Assembly (NCBI GenBank): GCA_021324355.1
Contig: JAJPJD010000021.1
Span: forward strand, 35,969 to 99,968
DNA length: 64,000 nucleotides
Origin: Actinomycetota bacterium
GTDB lineage: Bacteria; Actinomycetota; Acidimicrobiia; Acidimicrobiales; RAAP-2
Reading direction: 5' to 3'
Shown piece by piece: positions 56,849 through 64,000 of this stretch. Position numbers and translations under genes: made by a program. How positions within the stretch are numbered: the stretch's first letter is position 1; every line of letters starts with the position of its first letter. Under the pieces are notes generated by a model, which made no database searches, was not told where the DNA came from, and was given only the letters and a program-made list of their open reading frames with translations.

Positions 56849-59434
56849 ATGCGCTCGCCCGACCAGCCCGTCGCCGTCCCCGATCGGCCGTCCCTCGACG
56901 GCCTGGAGGCCAAGTGGGACCGCTGGTGGGAGGAGCACGGCACCTACCGGTTCGACCGGAGCAAGGCGCGCCAGCAGATCTACTCGATCGACACCCCGCC
57001 GCCGACGGTCAGCGGCTCGCTCCACCTGGGCACGGTGTTCGGCTACGTCCAGTTCGACTCGGTGGCCCGCTTCTGGCGGATGCGGGGCAAAGAGGTGTTC
57101 TTCCCTGTCGGCTGGGACGACAACGGCCTGCCCACCGTCCGCCGGGTCCAGAACCACTACGGGGTGCGCTGCGACCCCACCCTTCCCTACGAGGGCGACC
57201 GTGACCTGGGGGCCGAGTCGAGCGCGGCCGCACCTCGGCCGGTGTCGCGCCGGCGGTTCATCGAGCTGTGCCACCAGCTCACCGCCGAGGACGAGCAGGT
57301 CTTCGAACAGGTCTTCCGGGACGTCGGGCTGTCGGTGTCCTGGGACCTTGCCTACACCACGATCTCGGAGCGCTCCCGGCGGGTGTCCCAGCGGGCGTTC
57401 CTGCGCAACCTGGCCCGGGGCGAGGCCTACCTGAGCGAGGCCCCGACCATGTGGGACGTCGACCTGCAGACCGCGGTGGCCCAGGCCGAGATGGAGGATC
57501 GGCTGACCCCCGGCGCGTACCACCGCCTCCGGTTCGGGCGGCCCGACGGAGGTGCAGTCGAGATCGACACCACCCGACCCGAGCTGCTGGCAGCCTGCGT
57601 CGCCGTGGTCGTCCACCCGGACGACGACCGCTGGAAGGACCTGGTGGGCTCGGTGGTCACCACGCCGGTGTTCGGGGTGGAGGTCCCGGTGGTCGCCCAC
57701 CGGCTGGCCGACCCCGACAAGGGCACCGGGGTCGCGATGATCTGCACCTTTGGTGACGCGACGGACGTCATGTGGTGGCGGGAGCTCGGGCTCCCGTCGC
57801 GCTCGATCGTCGGCCGCGACGGACGCCTGCAGGTCGAGCGGCCGGACTGGCTCAGCGGCGAGGCGGCGGCCCAGGCCTGGGCAGCCATCGCCGGGCGCAG
57901 CACCGTCGAAGCCCGGGCCGAGATCGCCGAGCTGCTCCGGCGCTCGGGCCAGCTGGTGGGCGAGCCGCGGCCCATCCACCACGAGGTTCGCTACTACGAG
58001 CGCGGCGAGCGGCCCCTCGAGATCGTGGCCAGCCGCCAGTGGTACATCCGCAACGGTGCTCGCGACGAGGGCCGGCGGGCCGCGCTCCTCGAGGCTGGCC
58101 GGGCCCTGCGGTGGCACCCCGAGTTCATGCGGGTGCGCTACGAGCACTGGGTCGGCGGCCTGAACGGCGACTGGCTGATCAGCCGCCAACAGGTCTTCGG
58201 CATCCCCATCCCGGTGTGGTTCCCGCTCGACGAGGACGGCACCGTCCGCTACGACCGGCCCATCCCGGCGGACGAGGCCTCCTTGCCGGTCGACCCCCAG
58301 TCTGAGCCCCCGCCCGGCTACGCCGAGTCGGACCGGGGCAAGCCGGGCGGCTTCGTCGGCGACCCCGACGTGATGGACACCTGGGCAACCTCGTCACTCA
58401 CCCCGCAGATCGCGGGGTCCTGGGAGGACGACCCCGACCTGTTCGACCGGATCTTCCCCATGGACCTGCGGCCCCAGGGCCCCGAGATCATCCGGACCTG
58501 GCTGTTCACCACCGTGCTGCGCAGTCAGCTGGAGCACGGCTCGCTCCCGTGGTCCGACGTGAGTATCAACGGCTGGATCCTCGATGCCGACCGCAAGAAG
58601 ATGTCCAAGTCCAAGGGGAACGTGGTCACCCCCGAGGGCTTGATCCGCGAGCACGGCGCCGACGGCGTCCGCTACTGGGCCTGCAGCGCAGCCCCCGGAA
58701 CCGACACCGCGGCCGACCCGGCCCAGATGCGGGTCGGCCGGCGCCTGGCCATCAAGGTGCTCAACGCCTCGCGGTTCGTCCTGTCGCTGGCCCAGGATCA
58801 CCTGGACGGGAACACCGCTGTGGTGACCGAGGCGGTCGACCGGTCGATGCTGGCCGGGCTGGCCTCGGTGGTGGCCGGGGCAACCGAGGCCTTCGAGCGC
58901 TACCACTACCACCAGGCGCTGGAGCAGGCGGAGACCTTCTTCTGGCGCTTCTGCGACGACTACCTCGAGCTGGTCAAAGCCCGCGCCTACGGCGGCGGGG
59001 AGGTCGAGGAGCGAGCGACCGCCTCGGCCCGAGCGGCCCTCGCGCTGGCCCTGTCGGTCCAGCTCCGGCTGCTGGCACCGTTCCTCCCCTTCGTCACCGA
59101 GGAGGTCTGGAGCTGGTGGCAGGAGGGCTCGGTCCACCGGGCCCGCTGGCCCGAGGCCGAAGAGTTGGCGGCCGCGGTCGGAGACCCGGGGGTCCTCGCC
59201 GCCGCCGCCGAGGTCCTGGGCGAGGTCAGGCGAGCCAAGACCGCTGGTCGCCGCTCGCTGCGGTTCCCGGTCGCACGGCTCGAAGTCGCCGGGCCGCCGA
59301 CTCGCCTGGAGGCCCTGCGGGCCGGCCGCGCCGACCTGGCGGCCGCCGGCAACGTCGCGGAGCTGGTGCTGCGAGAGGCGGCCGAGCCGGCGATCGACGT
59401 CGTGCTGGCAGAGGATCCGGGCCCGGGGGCATAG
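56849..59434 (+). CDS. valS: Valine--tRNA ligase (actinobacterial/archaeal-type)
   Basis: DTPPPTVSGSLHLGTVFGY, PVGWDDNGLPTVRRVQNHYGVRCDP and KMSKSKGNVV. ATG at 56849 (MRSPDQP) chosen within the 917-aa track ORF. Confidence 0.88.
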   Translation: MRSPDQPVAVPDRPSLDGLEAKWDRWWEEHGTYRFDRSKARQQIYSIDTPPPTVSGSLHLGTVFGYVQFDSVARFWRMRGKEVFFPVGWDDNGLPTVRRVQNHYGVRCDPTLPYEGDRDLGAESSAAAPRPVSRRRFIELCHQLTAEDEQVFEQVFRDVGLSVSWDLAYTTISERSRRVSQRAFLRNLARGEAYLSEAPTMWDVDLQTAVAQAEMEDRLTPGAYHRLRFGRPDGGAVEIDTTRPELLAACVAVVVHPDDDRWKDLVGSVVTTPVFGVEVPVVAHRLADPDKGTGVAMICTFGDATDVMWWRELGLPSRSIVGRDGRLQVERPDWLSGEAAAQAWAAIAGRSTVEARAEIAELLRRSGQLVGEPRPIHHEVRYYERGERPLEIVASRQWYIRNGARDEGRRAALLEAGRALRWHPEFMRVRYEHWVGGLNGDWLISRQQVFGIPIPVWFPLDEDGTVRYDRPIPADEASLPVDPQSEPPPGYAESDRGKPGGFVGDPDVMDTWATSSLTPQIAGSWEDDPDLFDRIFPMDLRPQGPEIIRTWLFTTVLRSQLEHGSLPWSDVSINGWILDADRKKMSKSKGNVVTPEGLIREHGADGVRYWACSAAPGTDTAADPAQMRVGRRLAIKVLNASRFVLSLAQDHLDGNTAVVTEAVDRSMLAGLASVVAGATEAFERYHYHQALEQAETFFWRFCDDYLELVKARAYGGGEVEERATASARAALALALSVQLRLLAPFLPFVTEEVWSWWQEGSVHRARWPEAEELAAAVGDPGVLAAAAEVLGEVRRAKTAGRRSLRFPVARLEVAGPPTRLEALRAGRADLAAAGNVAELVLREAAEPAIDVVLAEDPGPGA

Positions 59435-59480
59435 GCGACGCCGATTCGGCGTTGCCCCAAACACGCAGAGGGGAGGCGCC

Positions 59481-59939
59481 ATGGGCGTTCGAGAGCTTGG
59501 GCATCTGGTGCTGTACGTGCAGAACGCGGCCCGCTCGGCCCGCTTCTACCGCGAGGTGCTGGGCTGGCACCAGGTCCTGCCGGCCGACCCCGAGACGACC
59601 GGCCCGGTGGCCGCCTTCTCGGGGGGCCGGACCCACCACGAGCTGCTGCTCATCGAGGTCGGTCCGGACGCGACGCCGGTGCCAACTGGCCGCCGGCTCG
59701 GCCTCTACCACTTCGGCGTGCGGGTCGGCGACAGCGACGAGGAGCTCCGGGCGGCGCGGGACCGGGTGGTGGCGGCCGGCGGCACGGTGCTCGGCTCCTC
59801 GGACCACACCGTCACCCACAGCGTCTACGTGGCCGACCCCGACGGCAACGAGGTCGAGCTGTACGTCGACGTGCCGGGGGTTGACTGGCGCCGCGACCCA
59901 TCCCTGTTCGCCGCGCCGGTGAAGCCGCTGCGCCTGTGA
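59481..59939 (+). CDS. VOC family protein (glyoxalase/bleomycin-resistance/dioxygenase fold)
   Basis: LGHLVLYVQNAARSARFYREVLGW, HHELLLIEV, and GNEVELY. GGGGAGG SD is present. Confidence 0.8.
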   Translation: MGVRELGHLVLYVQNAARSARFYREVLGWHQVLPADPETTGPVAAFSGGRTHHELLLIEVGPDATPVPTGRRLGLYHFGVRVGDSDEELRAARDRVVAAGGTVLGSSDHTVTHSVYVADPDGNEVELYVDVPGVDWRRDPSLFAAPVKPLRL

Positions 59940-59959
59940 TCGCTTCCCCCCGACGGCCC

Positions 59960-60958
59960 TCACTCGGGCCCGGTCACCTCGGCTGGCGCCTTGTCCGGGC
60001 GCAGCCCGCGCCACGACGGCTGCCGGAGCCTCCCGGCGCGAGTCCACTCGCTGAAGCGGACCTCGCCCACCAGGACCGGCCGGACCCAGCGGGCGCCCCG
60101 CAGCTGGGCCATGGGCAGCTCCCCCACGAACGGGGTGCTCCGGCGCTCCAGCCGAGCGAGCCGGGACGCCAGCTCGGCCAGCTGGGTCTCTGAGAACCCG
60201 GTGCCGACCTTGCCGACGTAGCGCAGCCCGCCGGCCGTCGGGATCCCCACGATCAGCGCCCCCAGCGCCGACCGGCGCCCGGCGCCGGGGGTGTAGCCGC
60301 CGATCACCACCTCCTGGGTCCGGCTGAGACGGATCTTCACCCAGTCGCCAGCCCGTTGACCAGGCCGGTACGGGCTGGCGAGCCGCTTGCACACGACCCC
60401 TTCGAGCCCGGCGCGGCGAGCCGCCGCCAGCACGACCGCCGGCGCCTCCCGATGCGACGCCGGCGTCGCCCAGTGGTCCCCCGCCAACCGAAGCGATTCG
60501 AGGAGGCGCCGCCGCCGGTGGTACGGGAGGCCCAGCGCCGAACGGCCGTCGAGGTGGAGGAGGTCAAAGGCCAGGTAGCTGACCGGGACCCGCGCCGACA
60601 ACCGGCGGGCGCTGGCGGCGTCTGTGAGCCCGAGGCGCGCTTGGAGCACCTCGAAGCTCGGGCGGCCGTGGGCGTCGAACGCCACGATCTCGCCGTCGAG
60701 CGCCACCTGGCGAGCGCCCAGGGCCTGGCCCAGGCCGGACAGCTCGGGGTAGGTGCTGGTCACCTCGAGGCCGCTTCGAGAGCGGACCCGGACCCGGCTC
60801 CCCTCGACAAGCACCACGGCGCGGACCCCATCCCACTTGAACTCGGTGGCCCAGCCGCCGGGCGCCGTCGGGAGCTCCCCGGCGACGCAGAGCATCGGCC
60901 GCAGCCCTTCGGGTACCGGGTCCCACCGAGCTGAGGGCTGCTCCATGCGGTGGATCAT
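59960..60958 (-). CDS. ATP-dependent DNA ligase (LigC / LigD ligase-domain type)
   Basis: Adenylation motif I EFKWDGVRAV, motif V KRLASPYRPG, and an OB-fold tail. The second ATG at 60946 has better SD spacing. Confidence 0.85.
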   Translation of the reverse strand: MIHRMEQPSARWDPVPEGLRPMLCVAGELPTAPGGWATEFKWDGVRAVVLVEGSRVRVRSRSGLEVTSTYPELSGLGQALGARQVALDGEIVAFDAHGRPSFEVLQARLGLTDAASARRLSARVPVSYLAFDLLHLDGRSALGLPYHRRRRLLESLRLAGDHWATPASHREAPAVVLAAARRAGLEGVVCKRLASPYRPGQRAGDWVKIRLSRTQEVVIGGYTPGAGRRSALGALIVGIPTAGGLRYVGKVGTGFSETQLAELASRLARLERRSTPFVGELPMAQLRGARWVRPVLVGEVRFSEWTRAGRLRQPSWRGLRPDKAPAEVTGPE

Positions 60959-61306
60959 CCTCCAGGGCCGCCCCCTCAGGGAACCACGGCGTCACGGCCG
61001 CCACCAGCTCGTCCTCCGGGCGCCCTACTCGTGCCGCTCCACCGGCTCCGGTCTCCCCTGCGGTCCGAAGCCCCCGTGGCGCGCCTCGGCCCGACGGTTG
61101 TGGCCCACCTCCCGGCCGACGCTCCCTGACCGCCGGGGCGTGCGGGGTTGCTCGCAAGGTGGCAGCCATGCCGTCCTCCGGCCGGCCCGGCCGGCCCGGG
61201 CACCGCCACCCACAATGCGCCATGCTGTGGGCGTGCTGGAGGGGACGACCGCGGCCGAGCCCCGGTTCGCCCAGCGTCCAGCCGGGCAGCCACGGCGGCC
61301 GAGGCC

Positions 61307-63655
61307 GTGAGCGCGCGGCGGCTCGACGTCGAGCGGCTGGCCCAGGCCCAGCAGGCGGCCCGCTTGGCCGGCGCCGCGGTCGGCGGCTGGTGGAAGGCGC
61401 TGTCGACCTCTGCGGAGACCGTCACCACCGAGCGCTCGCTCGACCAACTGCTCGCCGAGGCCACCACCGCGTTGCAGAACGCGCTGGAGGTCGACTCCGT
61501 CGCCATCGTCCTGGTCGCCGGCCAATCCGGCGTACCGGTCTTGCGGGCGGCGGTCGGCCCGAGCGCCGGCGCGACCTCGCCGCTCGCCACTGCGGACGCC
61601 CAAGGGCTGGTCGACTGGGTCCTGGCCACGCGGCGGCCCCTCATCGTGGCCGACCTCGCCAAGGTGTGGCCCGATCGGGCGCGCTGGTTCCAGCTGCGCT
61701 CGATCGTGGGCGTGCCGGTGGTCGGCGGCGACCGCCCGCTGGGGGTCCTGTGGGCCGGCAGCCATGAGGTGGCCCGGCTCGGAACGGCCGAGTCGGCCGT
61801 GCTCGAGCTGGTGGCCGACCGGCTGGCTCTGGCGGTCGAGCGAGTCCGGCGCTTCGAGGCCGAGCACGCTGCCCGCACAGAAGCCGAGCGCCTCGCGACG
61901 CGACTCGGACGGCTCCAGCGGATCACCGCCCACCTCGTCGGAGCGGGGACGGTCGAAGAGGTGGCGGCGACCTTGGCGGACGCGCTGACCGAGGACCCAG
62001 GACTCGAGACCGCGGCGCTGTGGGTGCTCGGTGACGACCGCCTCCGGCCTCTCGGCGCGCCGGGCGAGCCGGTCCCCCTCGACGCCGACCACCCGGCGGC
62101 GCAGGCAGTCCGCCGCCGGGTGCCCCAGTTCCACGAGGACGACCCGCTCGCCTGCCAGCGGCTGGGGCTGCGCAACGGCGGCGCCACCCCTTCGAGCGTG
62201 GCGGTGGTGCCGGTCCTGCTCGGCTCTAACTGCCTCGGGGTGCTGGCCGCCGAGTACCGGGCCTCCACGATCCCCCAGGAGGAGCGGGAGCTGCTCTCGA
62301 GCGTGGTCGGCCAGGCAGCTCTGGCCCTGGAGCGGGCCCGGCTGGCCGGCGTCCAGGACCAGCTCGCCAGGGTGTCCGCGTACTTCGCGCACGCGGCCAA
62401 GGTGCTGGCCGAGGGAAGCGACCTGACCGACACCCTGGAGCGCCTCGGCTCGGTGGCGGTGCAGGTCCTGGGCGACATCTGCATCATCGACGTGATCGGC
62501 GAGGACGGCGGGATCGTCCGGATGACCGCCCGTCACAAGGACCCGACCCGCCAGTTCCTGGTCGACCGGCTGCGGGCCCGCTTCGCGCCGCAACCGGGGG
62601 GACCGCACCCGGCCGCCACGGTGATCGCCACCGGCAGGACGCAGTGGGCAGCGTGCATGGACGACGCGCTCGTGGCGGCGACCACGCACAACGAGGAGCA
62701 CCGGGCGATCGTGCGAGCGCTCGAGCTCCGGTCGTTCATCTCGGTCCCACTGCGCGCCGACGAGGGGACCCTCGGCTGCGTGACCCTCTTGTCTGCCGGC
62801 CGCAGCTTCGACGCCCAGGACGTCGCGTTCGCCGAGCAGCTGGCCGAGCAGGTCGCAGCAGTGGTGAGCAAGGCCCGCCGCTACGAGATCGCCGCCCGGA
62901 CCTCCCATATCCTGCAGTCGACCCTCTTGCCCCAGCGCTTCGTCGAGCTGCCGGGGCTCGCGCTCCACACCCGCTACGTGGCTGCCGCCGAGGGGCTGGA
63001 GGTCGGCGGGGACTTCTTCGACGTCGTCGCGGTTTCCGACACCGAGGTGGCCTTCACCATCGGTGACGTCGCCGGGCACGACCGAATCGCAGCCGGGGTC
63101 ATGGGCCAGCTCCGCAGCGCGACCCGGATGCTGGTGGCCCGCCCTTGTGAGCCGGCCGAGATCGTCGAGGCCCTTCAGGCCGGCTGGGACACCCTCGGGT
63201 TCGACCGGATGGCGACCGCGATCTTCGGACAGCTCGACGTGGGGAGTGGGGCGCTCACCCTGGCTTCGGCCGGCCACCATCCGCCGCTGGTGGTCGAGCC
63301 GGGTCGGGCCCACTTCGTGCCGGTCAGGCCAAGCCCGCCGCTCGGGGTCGACGGACCCGGTGCCCCGGCGTGGCGGGGGATGCTGGCCGCCGGGCAGGCG
63401 CTGCTCCTCTACACCGACGGGGCCATCGACGAACGCCGGCAAGGCACCGATGCCGCCATGGCCGCCATGGCGGCCGCCCTCGGCACCGGGTGGGCCGGCC
63501 CGGTCGAGCTGGCCGCCCTCTGCGACCGGGTGGTCGAACGGCTCAGCCCTGACCGGGTCGACGACGTCGCCCTCCTCGCCCTCCAGCGCCTGGCCGAGGA
63601 CCGCCCGGCCGGGGCGTCGGGGACGAGCCCGGAGGTCAGACCTCCCCGGCGCTGA
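61307..63655 (+). CDS. Multi-GAF domain PP2C/SpoIIE-family serine phosphatase
   Basis: Repeated GAF-like segments, then GGDFFDV...FTIGDVAGHD...LLLYTDG PP2C metal motifs. Start uncertain: GTG 61307, or the track start at 61148. Confidence 0.82.
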   Translation: MSARRLDVERLAQAQQAARLAGAAVGGWWKALSTSAETVTTERSLDQLLAEATTALQNALEVDSVAIVLVAGQSGVPVLRAAVGPSAGATSPLATADAQGLVDWVLATRRPLIVADLAKVWPDRARWFQLRSIVGVPVVGGDRPLGVLWAGSHEVARLGTAESAVLELVADRLALAVERVRRFEAEHAARTEAERLATRLGRLQRITAHLVGAGTVEEVAATLADALTEDPGLETAALWVLGDDRLRPLGAPGEPVPLDADHPAAQAVRRRVPQFHEDDPLACQRLGLRNGGATPSSVAVVPVLLGSNCLGVLAAEYRASTIPQEERELLSSVVGQAALALERARLAGVQDQLARVSAYFAHAAKVLAEGSDLTDTLERLGSVAVQVLGDICIIDVIGEDGGIVRMTARHKDPTRQFLVDRLRARFAPQPGGPHPAATVIATGRTQWAACMDDALVAATTHNEEHRAIVRALELRSFISVPLRADEGTLGCVTLLSAGRSFDAQDVAFAEQLAEQVAAVVSKARRYEIAARTSHILQSTLLPQRFVELPGLALHTRYVAAAEGLEVGGDFFDVVAVSDTEVAFTIGDVAGHDRIAAGVMGQLRSATRMLVARPCEPAEIVEALQAGWDTLGFDRMATAIFGQLDVGSGALTLASAGHHPPLVVEPGRAHFVPVRPSPPLGVDGPGAPAWRGMLAAGQALLLYTDGAIDERRQGTDAAMAAMAAALGTGWAGPVELAALCDRVVERLSPDRVDDVALLALQRLAEDRPAGASGTSPEVRPPRR

Positions 63656-64000
63656 CTCGGGGCGATGTCGCCGGGCCGGCCGGCGCGGCCACCTCCTGGT
63701 GCCGGGCCGCCCAGCCCATGAAGAACGCTCCACACGCCCCAATGACGACCCCGGGACCCAGCGCGTACCCGGCGACGTCAGCCAGGAGGCGCAGCGGCGA
63801 GGCGAAGACAAAGAACGCCGAGGTGCTGTCCACCACCGGCCAGGCCCACGGACCGACCGCGAACCACGCGCCGCAGGCCAACACGATCAGACCGGCGGTG
63901 GCCAAGCTGAGGCGGCCGCGCCCGACCACCAGCCCGCGGGAGGACGCGAGCACCGACAGGCCGATGACGAATGCGATCGCCCCGGGGACCAGCGCCAGCA
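63636..64000 (-). CDS. Hypothetical membrane protein (open to the right edge)
   Basis: Hydrophobic segments LSLATAGLIVLACGAWFAV and VVIGACGAFFMGW. The frame stays open and hydrophobic upstream of the track GTG at 63953 through position 64000. Confidence 0.4.
   Translation of the reverse strand, partial: LALVPGAIAFVIGLSVLASSRGLVVGRGRLSLATAGLIVLACGAWFAVGPWAWPVVDSTSAFFVFASPLRLLADVAGYALGPGVVIGACGAFFMGWAARHQEVAAPAGPATSPRVSAGEV

Noticed and set aside
56848-56850. ATG at 56850 as the cysS start
   Set aside because: It would overlap the valS ATG base-for-base. The downstream GTG (VLRLFDT...) matches the usual CysRS N-terminus. It is kept only as an alternative.
56123-58189. 688-aa ORF antisense to valS/cysS
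   Set aside because: Same GC artefact. Both synthetases are clearly encoded on the respective opposite frames.
61025-63811. 928-aa ORF antisense to the GAF-PP2C gene
   Set aside because: The plus strand shows clear PP2C metal motifs (GGDFFDV, GDVAGHD, LYTDG). The antisense product is Arg/Gly/Pro-rich with no motif.

Overview
This window is very GC-rich (third codon positions are almost all G/C) and densely packed. It reads as core chromosome of an actinobacterium. Supporting markers are a WhiB1-like gene, PdtaS, the DUF3090/SCO1664 module and mycobacteria-like argS-lysA-hom-thrC...rho synteny; a deep-branching class such as Acidimicrobiia is only a guess. I call about 60 protein genes, one tRNA-Arg(CCG), one TPP riboswitch in front of thiC, one perfect CRP-type palindrome in front of the whiB gene, and a few tentative -10 boxes and hairpins. 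I saw no CRISPR array, rRNA, transposase, integrase or phage genes. Many long ORFs in the track lie antisense to, or 5' of, recognisable genes. They are Arg/Pro/Gly-rich GC artefacts, so I trimmed starts accordingly. Internal start choices are my reading of frame, SD and GC3, not computed. Nothing here is demonstrably a new system. The stretches most worth a second look are: (1) a complete System I ccmABCDEFGHI operon in a genome type expected to use System II; (2) the conserved but functionally unassigned histidine-phosphatase/DUF3090/PI3-4-kinase-like triplet; (3) whiB1-like, pdtaS and a tandem ArsA/Get3-like ATPase pair plus DUF3107 as near neighbours on one stretch, fronted by a perfect TGTGA-N6-TCACA site; (4) an MBOAT+SGNH O-acylation pair; (5) an orphan FrhB-like Fe-S flavoprotein among DNA-repair genes; (6) a SufR-like regulator coupled to a NifS-type desulfurase; (7) two head-to-head gene pairs whose starts are so close that shared, overlapping -10 boxes and leaderless mRNAs are implied; (8) two unusually long unassigned gaps flanking thiC.
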